From positions 1 through 64,000 of the IMG/VR virus record IMGVR_UViG_3300031951_006582: DNA of 64,000 nucleotides, one strand, 5' to 3'. The stretch comes from a virus. The number at the start of each line of letters is the position of its first letter. The stretch's first letter is position 1. Below, in pieces: positions 50,596-58,948 of this stretch. A program made the translations under genes and the position numbers. The notes below the pieces were generated by a model that saw only the letters and a program-made list of their open reading frames with translations, did no database searches and had not been told where the DNA came from.

Positions 50596-50904
50596 ATGAA
50601 AATTAATGAACTGCTTAACGAATCGTTTGACAACGTTGAAGATCCAGATACTGACAAGGTTCCTAACATTGTCATGCAGATTCGCAAGAGCATGGACACT
50701 GGCGGCAATCGCCCTATCGTCTTTCGTGATGGATCAAAGGCAGAAGTGCCAGTGAATGCAATGATTGCATTCTTGAATCGCTATGAAACTCTACGCCCAA
50801 TGGATCGTGAAGAAATGCAGAATCTTGCTATTCAGAGCAAAGAAGCATTTGTAGACGTACTAAAGAGCTATAACAAACCTAGAGCACCTAAGAGTATCTA
50901 CTAA
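50596..50904 (+). CDS. Putative head protein (propeptide MKINELLNE)
   Basis: Late promoter 50572. Confidence 0.6.
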   Translation: MKINELLNESFDNVEDPDTDKVPNIVMQIRKSMDTGGNRPIVFRDGSKAEVPVNAMIAFLNRYETLRPMDREEMQNLAIQSKEAFVDVLKSYNKPRAPKSIY

Positions 50905-50911
50905 ATAATAG

Positions 50912-51616
50912 ATGATTTTACTTACAAACGGGTGTAGTTGGACTTGGGGCGGTGGCTTAGGACTTGACCACCCCAACCATAATCAACTACGATTTAATTC
51001 AGTGTGGCCTTATCATTTAGGCAATCTAATCAACGCAGAAAAAACACACAACTTATCTATTGGCTGTGGGAGCAATCAGCGTATAGTGAGAACTACGATT
51101 GATTGGGTACTATCTCAGACTAAAGAAGATTTAGCCAAAACAGTTGCAATCATCCAATGGACAGAACTATCCAGGTATGAGTTTTATTATCCTGCTGATT
51201 ATACTAATCATTATGAAAATAAGCATGATAGGTGGGTTAGATGTAAAATTGACTGCATACTAAATCAATATGATGATGATGAATCTGCTAAAAAGAAGTA
51301 CAATGATCTAAGACTATCTACCTATACTGAAATTGAAGGCATGTATAGATTCGTTAGTGATCTTTTAGCAGTGGAAAATATACTTACTCAACATAACATT
51401 CCTTACTATTTTTGGACTTATGATACTAGACTATTAGAAAGATTCCCTAAAGAAATCTATGAGTTTTGCAAGACTAAGTTCAATTGGCTAAACAGTATTG
51501 ACACCGAAGCATGGCAGTATGACTGTGTTTCCAATGAAGACCCTCATCCTAGCTTCTTAGGTCATAAGCAAATAGCACAGTTTTTAGCTGAACCCACAAC
51601 TAATACTTGTAGTTAA
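50912..51616 (+). CDS. SGNH/GDSL-hydrolase-like protein
   Basis: NGCSWT, NLSIGCGSNQRI, IQWT, DPHPSFLGH. Confidence 0.7.
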   Translation: MILLTNGCSWTWGGGLGLDHPNHNQLRFNSVWPYHLGNLINAEKTHNLSIGCGSNQRIVRTTIDWVLSQTKEDLAKTVAIIQWTELSRYEFYYPADYTNHYENKHDRWVRCKIDCILNQYDDDESAKKKYNDLRLSTYTEIEGMYRFVSDLLAVENILTQHNIPYYFWTYDTRLLERFPKEIYEFCKTKFNWLNSIDTEAWQYDCVSNEDPHPSFLGHKQIAQFLAEPTTNTCS

Positions 51617-51669
51617 TTTTTCCCCATAAGAGCTAAATATTATTATAAAAATAATAATAAGGAGCTTTT

Positions 51670-51951
51670 GTGGGGGAATTTTTTAAACTCGTAGCCGATG
51701 TGGGCTTTCCTATAGCTGCTGCATTAGCTGCAGGCTATTTCGTTTTCCTAACATTGAAATTTATTCTTGCAGGTGTTACTGGTAGTATCAGTGGCATGAA
51801 GGGTATTATCACGGCACTAGACAATCGTGTTAAGACAATGAATCACGATGTTATACGTATTGATACTGTTGTTAGTAACGCTTTAGGTCTTAGACCAGAC
51901 ATTGATCGTATCTCAAGAGCAGACGGCAAAGATGATGCGAGAAAAGACTAA
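51670..51951 (+). CDS. Small membrane protein with coiled coil
   Basis: VGFPIAAALAAGYFVF; late promoter 51634, AAGGAG RBS. Confidence 0.7.
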   Translation: MGEFFKLVADVGFPIAAALAAGYFVFLTLKFILAGVTGSISGMKGIITALDNRVKTMNHDVIRIDTVVSNALGLRPDIDRISRADGKDDARKD

Positions 51952-52253
51952 TGGAAGATATTGCTACCTTAATCAGTGAATACGGTTTCCCTATCATCGC
52001 CGCAGGCGGCATGGGATACTTTGTATACTATGTTTGGCAGTGGGCAACTGAAGAAGTTGATCCGGTATTAGGTGAAGCTAACGTGACATTGATTGGGTTG
52101 ATTGATCGTATACGTATGCTTGATAATGACTTAATCCGCTTGAAGCAAAAGGTAGATACTGTTTTGCACTTGCGCGGTAAAACGATTGAATATGAAAGAG
52201 TGCAAGCAGAAGAAGAAATTAACAAAATCACAAAAGAAAAAGATGTAAACTAA
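51951..52253 (+). CDS. Small membrane protein with coiled coil (paralogue of upstream gene)
   Basis: YGFPIIAAGGMGYFVY; DRIRMLDNDLIR vs NRVKTMNHDVIR. Confidence 0.7.
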   Translation: MEDIATLISEYGFPIIAAGGMGYFVYYVWQWATEEVDPVLGEANVTLIGLIDRIRMLDNDLIRLKQKVDTVLHLRGKTIEYERVQAEEEINKITKEKDVN

Positions 52254-52264
52254 GGGGAAAACAA

Positions 52265-52708
52265 ATGTTGAAAAGAACAATCATACTGTCACTACTCTTA
52301 GCAAGCACACCTGCACATGCTACTGAAATTGTATTTCAATTTAAAAATCCATCGTTCTCTGGAAACAATGCCGGAGCGCAATGGTTAACGATTGAAAATC
52401 AAGAGTTCAACCGCAAAAAAGACATTCAAGATAAAATTGAAGCGGACTTAAAAGCAAAGGCCCTTGAAGAAAAGAATTCTATCCTCAATCGCTTTATGAA
52501 CAATTTACAATCTCGTATATATTCTCAGTTAGCACAGCAGTTGACTAACAATCTGTTTGGTGCAATGGGAGGACAATCCGGCGCATTCACGCTTGAAGGT
52601 AATCAAATCAAGTATGAGAAGACAGACACCGAAATTCGTCTTGTAATCACTGATGATGCTGGTAATGTTACAGAAATCATCATTCCAACTAGTGGATTTA
52701 AATGGTAA
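52265..52708 (+). CDS. csgF: Curli assembly protein CsgF-like
   Basis: Signal peptide AHA|TEIVFQFKNPSFSGN, LNRFMNNLQSRIYSQL, TEIIIP. Confidence 0.85.
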   Translation: MLKRTIILSLLLASTPAHATEIVFQFKNPSFSGNNAGAQWLTIENQEFNRKKDIQDKIEADLKAKALEEKNSILNRFMNNLQSRIYSQLAQQLTNNLFGAMGGQSGAFTLEGNQIKYEKTDTEIRLVITDDAGNVTEIIIPTSGFKW

Positions 52709-53496
52709 TGAATTGGAAAATTTTAATATTACCCTTCTTATTGGGCGGATGCATGTCAAGTGGAGTTGGCGTCCTAAGTATGCAGGATACTCCGGCTGTT
52801 GTAAACACGCAGGTTAAAGAGTTGCAAAGCTTACCGCCGCCCGAGAGACAAGCTGTTGTTGCAGTATATGATTTTCCAGACTTGACCGGTCAGAGAAGGG
52901 ATAGAGACGGCCTTGCAAGTATATCAACTGCTGTTACACAAGGTGGTACTCCATTGCTGATTTCTGCATTGAAAGAGGCAGGTGGAGGTACTTGGTTTAG
53001 GGTAGTTGAGCGCAACAGAGTTGATGACCTTGCAAAAGAGCGTCAAATTGTTAGACAGACTCGTGAAGAATATTTGGGTGAGGGCGCAAACAAGCTTGAA
53101 CCAATGCTATTTGCAGGACTTATAATTCAAGGTGGCATCATTGGGTATGACACTAATATACAAACAGGTGGCGCAGGCGCAAGATATTTAGGCATCGGCG
53201 GCACAACTATGTACAGAAAAGATCAAGTTGTGGTAGCGTTAAGAGCAGTCAACACTAACACAGGAGAAGTGATTCTCAACGTACAAGTTTCAAAAACTGT
53301 ATTGTCTGTAGGTAGAGACTTGTCACTCTTTAAGTTTGTAGATGTTGGCACAAAGTTAGTCGAAGCCGAAGCTGGTATGACTGAGAATGAAGCAAACACA
53401 ATGGCAGTCAAGATGGCTATCGAAGAAGCAGTTTTACAATTAATTAAACAAGGAATAGAGAAGGGATACTTTAGATACGGGGGAACGGGAGAATGA
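52702..53496 (+). CDS. csgG: Curli secretion channel CsgG-like lipoprotein
   Basis: Lipobox LLGGC; VAVYDFPDLTGQ, STAVTQG, WFRVVER, GGIIGYD, GGAGARYLGIG. Confidence 0.92.
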   Translation: MVMNWKILILPFLLGGCMSSGVGVLSMQDTPAVVNTQVKELQSLPPPERQAVVAVYDFPDLTGQRRDRDGLASISTAVTQGGTPLLISALKEAGGGTWFRVVERNRVDDLAKERQIVRQTREEYLGEGANKLEPMLFAGLIIQGGIIGYDTNIQTGGAGARYLGIGGTTMYRKDQVVVALRAVNTNTGEVILNVQVSKTVLSVGRDLSLFKFVDVGTKLVEAEAGMTENEANTMAVKMAIEEAVLQLIKQGIEKGYFRYGGTGE

Positions 53497-54188
53497 AGAA
53501 TAAATTAATGCTTGCAGCAATGGCGATGCTTGCAAGTTCGGTAGCAATGGCTCAGTCAACTACCAACTCAATTTTTATTGAGCAAGTCGGTGATAGTAGT
53601 AATATTAGTATTACTCAGAAAGGTCAGAGTAACAAAGTTGGAACTGAACAGAATCGTGTAGTTCTTGAGGGAAATAGTCAAACAATAGCAGTAACCCAAG
53701 AAGGCAACAATAACTCTATTCAAGGTTCTATTGTTCAGGCTGATAACGTTGATATGGATGTTACGGTGACTGGAGACAATAATACCTTGACATATGATCA
53801 AGGTGATGCAGCCAGCGTAGCCGGTTCTACTCAAACTTTAGCAGTTACTGGTGATTCAAACACCTTAACGTTCAATCAAGGTACTGCTGCGTCGGCTACG
53901 AACGCAACACAAACTGTTACAATCACTGGTGATACTAACACACTTACATCTACTATAAACGCAGATGATGTTGTTAACACTAAGACAATCGCAGGTGACG
54001 GTAATACTATTACTACAGTACAGGATGGTACTGCTGGAAAGAATATTGAAATGCTTCTTACCGGTAACACTAATACTGTTACAGTAAATCAAAAGAGTAC
54101 AACTAATGTTGACACGCTTAAGATCAATAGCACGAGCAACGGCAGCACTATTACTATTAATCAGTGTAACGCCGGCGGCCCATGCTAA
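53493..54188 (+). CDS. Secreted curlin-like beta-solenoid protein
   Basis: Sec signal AMA|Q; repeats IEQVGDSSN, ITQKGQSN, VTQEGNNN, VTGDNN, VTGDSN, ITGDTN. Confidence 0.75.
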   Translation: MKNKLMLAAMAMLASSVAMAQSTTNSIFIEQVGDSSNISITQKGQSNKVGTEQNRVVLEGNSQTIAVTQEGNNNSIQGSIVQADNVDMDVTVTGDNNTLTYDQGDAASVAGSTQTLAVTGDSNTLTFNQGTAASATNATQTVTITGDTNTLTSTINADDVVNTKTIAGDGNTITTVQDGTAGKNIEMLLTGNTNTVTVNQKSTTNVDTLKINSTSNGSTITINQCNAGGPC

Positions 54189-55194
54189 TATAGGTAAAGT
54201 TACGCAAAACAGAGGCGTAAGTGAGGTCGTGAAGAATTCGGCAAGAGTTCCTACACGACCTCAGTTACCTATTGCCAAAATGGATAGGGTGCAGACTGGC
54301 AACGGCAGAGTTGAAATTACATTCGTAGATGATTCTACTGTGCGAGTCACCGAACATTCCAGACTTGTGATTGATGATTTCGTTTATAGCGGTAGACCAT
54401 CTACTTCAAGAATGGCTCTTAGATTTGCATCTGGAACTGCAAGATTTGCAACCGGCAAGTCTGGCAAGATGAATAAAAACAATATCAACCTTAGAACACC
54501 AACTGCGACTATCGCAGTGAGAGGTACAGACTTTGCAGCAACAGTAGATGACTTTGGCAAAAGCTTGATTGTCTTACTTCCAGAAGAAGATGGGTCAGTA
54601 GGCGAAATCACGGTAGCCAATGCTGCTGGATTTGTCGTTCTTAATAAAGCATTTCAGGCTACTATAGTATCGACGATGGATAGCAGACCTTCTCGCCCAG
54701 TTATATTGAATCTCACGCTTGATATGATTGATAATATGCTAATCATATCTCCAGCAGAAGAAGTTCGCACAGCCGAAGAGATTGCTGATGCCAGAACTAA
54801 TCTATTAGATTTGACCGAACTTGATGTTGATTTTCTTGCAAGAGACGATTTAAAAGAAGACCAGTTAGCAAGTTCTGAACTTGATATTAATGCAATCAAT
54901 TCAGATTTCTTAGGAGAAGATTTTCTTGATGATCTGAGTACAGAAGAATGTATGACTAGAGACGGTGTCAAACTTTGCGGAACTACATTTGGTCTTAATA
55001 ACACTACTCAGATTACAACTATTATGTCAGGCGATTATCTACGCCTCGTCAGAACACTAAGTACTACAGTTGATATTGTTGTGAAGAAGGATTCAAACAA
55101 AACCCTATTCATAGACAGTAATGGAAAATCATTCCTAATTGAAGTCAACGAACCAGCCGGAGGAACTATCATCAATGTTAAGCAAAGCGAGTAA
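54106..55194 (+). CDS. FecR-domain periplasmic protein with acidic C-terminus
   Basis: Signal AHA|N; DRVQTGNGRVEITFVDDSTV, LRTPTATIAVRGTDF. Confidence 0.85.
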   Translation: MLTRLRSIARATAALLLLISVTPAAHANIGKVTQNRGVSEVVKNSARVPTRPQLPIAKMDRVQTGNGRVEITFVDDSTVRVTEHSRLVIDDFVYSGRPSTSRMALRFASGTARFATGKSGKMNKNNINLRTPTATIAVRGTDFAATVDDFGKSLIVLLPEEDGSVGEITVANAAGFVVLNKAFQATIVSTMDSRPSRPVILNLTLDMIDNMLIISPAEEVRTAEEIADARTNLLDLTELDVDFLARDDLKEDQLASSELDINAINSDFLGEDFLDDLSTEECMTRDGVKLCGTTFGLNNTTQITTIMSGDYLRLVRTLSTTVDIVVKKDSNKTLFIDSNGKSFLIEVNEPAGGTIINVKQSE

Positions 55195-57226
55195 AATTTT
55201 ATTGTCACCCTGGTTAGCAGTAGCTACACTATTGTTATTGCTATCAGTGAAGTTGATGAATCCGTTCCTAGTTGATAGTATGAAACTAAAGTACTATGAC
55301 TATCTGATGCTTGGGGAACCAATCAAATCAGAACAGATTGTAGTTGCAAATATAGGGGAGAAAGCAATTGAAAAATATGGTCAATATCCGTTTCCAAGAG
55401 AGGTCCATGCTAAAATTATTAGCGACCTTTATAGCGGAGGGGCTGGCATTGTTGGTAGCACTATACTTATGCCTGAGCCTGATCGTTTGGGGACTGACGG
55501 AGTTCTTGCGAATACACTAAAAGAATATCCGGTTGTATTAAGTCAAACACTTACTGATGATTGCGTTAAGGATAATCGTCTCCCTCGCCGCACAGGCGTT
55601 GCTGTAATTGGTGACGGACAACCCACTGATTTTCTTCCGAACTATCCATGTGTGCTTGATAACATTCCAGCACTTCAAGAGTCTGCCGCAGGCGTCGGGA
55701 TAACGACTTCTCTTCCAGAGACGGACGGGGTAACCCGTCGAGTGCCTTTATTAGGGATTTCAAATGGCGAATACTATCCTGCGTTTTCTTTAGAACTTTT
55801 GAGAGTTGCTGCGGGAGATCCTTCATATCAAGCGAAGATAAATCAGACGGGTGTTGAAGCATTGCGTGTTCCTCAGTTTGGTACGATTAATACAGATGAA
55901 TATGGGCGTGTCTTTATCAATCCGAACTACCAGTTTTCTTCTGTAGAAATCGGCGAGACAATTCCTGATCTGACTGGTAAGATAGTGATATTAGGCGTAA
56001 CTGCTGACGGAGTTGCGAATCCTGTAGCGACTCCATCAGGTGCGCAATATCCCCACACCCTTCAGGCGAGTATGCTTGAGACTCTAATAGCTGGGGAGAC
56101 TGTATCAATTCCGAATTGGGTAGGTCTTGTTGATCTTCTTGCATTCGTCGTCCTTTCACTATTGATAATTTTGTTATCACGGGTACGATATTCAATCGTT
56201 TGGATCGGAATATTAATAGCCGGTTATATTTATGCTCCGATGTATCTATTTACCCATAACAAGATACTATTTGATATTTCTTTCAACGTTTTGGCTGCAT
56301 TAGTAATCTATCTGCACATCTACACTGTTAAGTTTATCAGTGAGTATCTACAGAAGCAACAGATTAAGAAGCAGTTTGGTACATATCTAAGTCCAGACTT
56401 AGTTGCACAACTACAGCGTCAACCAGAACTATTGAAGCTTGGTGGTACAGAACAAGAATTGTCAATCATGTTTACTGATGTTCGCGGATTCACAACTATC
56501 TCTGAACACTATGGTAAAGATGTTCAAGGCTTGACAAGCATCATGAATCGTTATATGACTGCTATGACCAAAGCAATTCTTGAGAACAAAGGTACGCTTG
56601 ATAAGTATATAGGTGATGCTCAAATGGCGTTTTGGAATGCTCCGGTAAACAACGAACAGCACGCCAAAGACGCAGTTAGAACAGCATTCACAATGCTCAA
56701 TTCATTAGAGGAATTCAATAATGAGATTAAAAAAGAAGGCATCCCAGCTTTTGGAATGGGCCTCGGTATTAATACTGATACTGTGGTTGTCGGTAATATG
56801 GGTAGCACTCAGCGTTTCGACTATACTTGTCTTGGTGACGGGGTCAATCTTGCAGCTAGGCTCGAAGGTCAATCAAAGCCTTACGGCGTTAAGATTGTCA
56901 TTGGACCAAAGACTGCCTATTATGTTAAGGATGAATACCAAATCGTAGAACTTGATTTGATTGCAGTTAAGGGTAAGACTGAGCCTGCTAGAATATTTAC
57001 TGTGTTCCCCTTCCACGACATATTGGCCGAGACACAGCATATGAAATTCCTAGAACTATATCGTCAAGGTCATTGGGAAGCTGCTGAAAAGTATGCAAGT
57101 GATCTAAAGAAGTGCTGGAGAGGTGAAATGGACCAGTATTACGATATGATGATTGAAAGAATTCAAGAATTCAGAAACAATCCTCCCGCTAAGTGGGATG
57201 GGGTGTACAGGGCAACTTCAAAGTAA
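55175..57226 (+). CDS. CHASE2-domain class III adenylate cyclase
   Basis: CHASE2 (GQYPFPRE, DGVTRRVPL), TM helices, FTDVRGFT, DKYIGDAQM, DYTCLGDGVNLAARLE, VKGK; GGAGG RBS. Confidence 0.92.
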   Translation: MLSKASKILLSPWLAVATLLLLLSVKLMNPFLVDSMKLKYYDYLMLGEPIKSEQIVVANIGEKAIEKYGQYPFPREVHAKIISDLYSGGAGIVGSTILMPEPDRLGTDGVLANTLKEYPVVLSQTLTDDCVKDNRLPRRTGVAVIGDGQPTDFLPNYPCVLDNIPALQESAAGVGITTSLPETDGVTRRVPLLGISNGEYYPAFSLELLRVAAGDPSYQAKINQTGVEALRVPQFGTINTDEYGRVFINPNYQFSSVEIGETIPDLTGKIVILGVTADGVANPVATPSGAQYPHTLQASMLETLIAGETVSIPNWVGLVDLLAFVVLSLLIILLSRVRYSIVWIGILIAGYIYAPMYLFTHNKILFDISFNVLAALVIYLHIYTVKFISEYLQKQQIKKQFGTYLSPDLVAQLQRQPELLKLGGTEQELSIMFTDVRGFTTISEHYGKDVQGLTSIMNRYMTAMTKAILENKGTLDKYIGDAQMAFWNAPVNNEQHAKDAVRTAFTMLNSLEEFNNEIKKEGIPAFGMGLGINTDTVVVGNMGSTQRFDYTCLGDGVNLAARLEGQSKPYGVKIVIGPKTAYYVKDEYQIVELDLIAVKGKTEPARIFTVFPFHDILAETQHMKFLELYRQGHWEAAEKYASDLKKCWRGEMDQYYDMMIERIQEFRNNPPAKWDGVYRATSK

Positions 57227-57240
57227 GTTACCCAATATTT

Positions 57241-57269
57241 TTGACACAGACACATATATGTTGTAAATA
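57241..57269 (+). promoter_or_regulatory. Composite promoter: TTGACA -35 with TAAATA at the -10 position
   Basis: 17-nt spacing; followed by 5'-UTR hairpin CTGACA/TGTCAG. Confidence 0.6.
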
Positions 57270-57321
57270 TAAGACTGACAGTAAAATGTCAGACTTTCAA
57301 ACTTAAAGGAAAAAATAAAGT

Positions 57322-57840
57322 ATGAAGAAGTTAATCGCACTCGCAGCACTCGCAACCGCTGCTTTTACTACCCCTGCAATGGCATCTGATTTTGCCGGTC
57401 CTCGTGTTGAGGTAACCGCTGGAGCTGATGACGTTACTGGTGGTGTTGACACGACTGACATTGCTTATGGCGCAGCCCTTGGTTATGACCTTCAGTTCGG
57501 TAAGGTAGTTGTCGGTGCAGAAGCAACCGCTGCTAACGTCTTTGAGAAGGCTGATCTTGGCGCAGCCGCTCGTCTTGGTTATACCTTGAACAAGAATGTT
57601 CTTGCTTATACCCGCGTCGGTTACGCCAATCTTGAGCGTCCTCAGACTTGCACACCTCGCATTGGGAATACTCCAGCAGTTTGCCGTAATACTGCAAACT
57701 TGGAAGGTCTCACCGTTGGTGGTGGTCTTGAAGTGAAGCTTGTTGGCTCAACATTCGTTAAGGCTGAGTATCGCTACTCTGACTTTGACGGCGCTGTTGG
57801 TCGTCACGGCGGACTCGTAGGCTTCGGTCTTCGTTTCTAA
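57322..57840 (+). CDS. Outer-membrane beta-barrel protein (Omp25/OmpA-TM-like, sphingomonad style)
   Basis: Signal PAMA|S, FAGPRVE, LGYD, ARLGY, GGGLE, KAEYRYSDF, terminal Phe. Confidence 0.85.
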   Translation: MKKLIALAALATAAFTTPAMASDFAGPRVEVTAGADDVTGGVDTTDIAYGAALGYDLQFGKVVVGAEATAANVFEKADLGAAARLGYTLNKNVLAYTRVGYANLERPQTCTPRIGNTPAVCRNTANLEGLTVGGGLEVKLVGSTFVKAEYRYSDFDGAVGRHGGLVGFGLRF

Positions 57841-57851
57841 TAATTGACTGA

Positions 57852-57888
57852 ATGGAATGGCGGCGAAGAAATTCGTCGCCATTACCAT
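57852..57888 (+). terminator. Stem-loop after OMP gene
   Basis: AATGGCGGCGAA-gaaa-TTCGTCGCCATT. Confidence 0.65.
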
Positions 57889-57909
57889 ATCCAAATGATA
57901 AATACATAT

Positions 57910-58626
57910 ATGAGAGCTACCGAATTCATTACAGAGCGCAAGAAAAAGCGCAGAAAAACCAAATCTCGCCGCGCCTATGGTGGGTATTTCTTCCCTGGAT
58001 ATGCCTTCTTTGGTGCCGGCGATTCTAGTGGTGACTTCGGCGGAGACGGTGGCGGCGGCGAGAGTGTTAATGAGTCTCCTGAAATTGAATTAGCTAAGCG
58101 ATTGCCCTCGCTTGCAAAACACGACTACAATACTATTGACACTCTAATGAAAAAGATTGCTAAAAAGCACAAAATCACCGACAAAGCACTACACGACTTG
58201 TTTAAGAAGAAATTTAAGGATACGCCTGATCGTTGGGTAAAGAATAAGCTGGACGAAGCCGACAATGTAGACTGTGATTTAGAAAACGAAGTTCAAAAGT
58301 TCGTTGAGTGGACTGCTAAAAAGCTTAATCTTAAAGAGGTTCCCACTGTAGAACTATCAATGGATACCGAAGAGGCCCAAACAAATCATCATACCGGTGG
58401 TCACGTTCCTGGCGAAGGCAGTGTTTGGGTGTATGCAAAGAATCGCAACCTGGTAGATATCCTTAGAACAGTATTTCACGAGTTGGTCCATGTTCGCCAA
58501 CACGAATTAGGCATGATTAAACCTGGTGATAGTTATCCAGGAAGTCCCATCGAAGCAATGGCTGACATGCTCGCCGGTAAGTACATCAAGATTTACGGCG
58601 AAAAAAATAACCACGTATTTCAATAA
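57910..58626 (+). CDS. Modular head protein (propeptide MRATEFITE) with zincin metallopeptidase domain
   Basis: LRTVFHELVHVRQ HExxH plus downstream E; junctions VNE, LDE; TAAATA 5 nt upstream. Confidence 0.7.
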   Translation: MRATEFITERKKKRRKTKSRRAYGGYFFPGYAFFGAGDSSGDFGGDGGGGESVNESPEIELAKRLPSLAKHDYNTIDTLMKKIAKKHKITDKALHDLFKKKFKDTPDRWVKNKLDEADNVDCDLENEVQKFVEWTAKKLNLKEVPTVELSMDTEEAQTNHHTGGHVPGEGSVWVYAKNRNLVDILRTVFHELVHVRQHELGMIKPGDSYPGSPIEAMADMLAGKYIKIYGEKNNHVFQ

Positions 58627-58690
58627 CGGTTACCATTATAGTTGAATTCTCTACGTAGTCTGTTATACTAATTAGACTAAAGGAGAAAAC

Positions 58691-58945
58691 ATGTCACGTA
58701 CATTTAATGCGGAAGCAAAAGTAAAACTTACTCAACTTATCAACGAAGGTATCAGCGTTCTACAGGAAGTTGATACGCTTAACGAAGGTCTCAATGACAC
58801 TGTTAAGGCGATTGCAGAAGAACTTGAAGTTAAGCCAAGTGTTCTCAAGAAGGCAATCAAGATTGCACACAAGCAGCGTCTTAACGAAGAAAACGAAGCA
58901 AACGAAGAACTTAACACGATTCTACAAACTGTGGGTAAAGCCTAA
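58691..58945 (+). CDS. Small DNA-binding protein (T4 DsbA / GapR-like)
   Basis: 84 aa helical; AEELEVKPSVLKKAIKIAHK; promoter TTGAAT-16-TATACT upstream. Confidence 0.6.
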   Translation: MSRTFNAEAKVKLTQLINEGISVLQEVDTLNEGLNDTVKAIAEELEVKPSVLKKAIKIAHKQRLNEENEANEELNTILQTVGKA

Positions 58946-58948
58946 TTA

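Noticed and set aside
51670-57840. Bacterial contamination or prophage boundary at the curli/cyclase genes
   Set aside because: Same composition, phage late promoter upstream and phage genes on both sides
57844-57909. ORF-track N-terminal extensions (also 19962, 8129, 34346, 55139, 61715, 770)
   Set aside because: They run through terminators or promoters or lack an RBS; downstream ATGs fit promoter and RBS spacing
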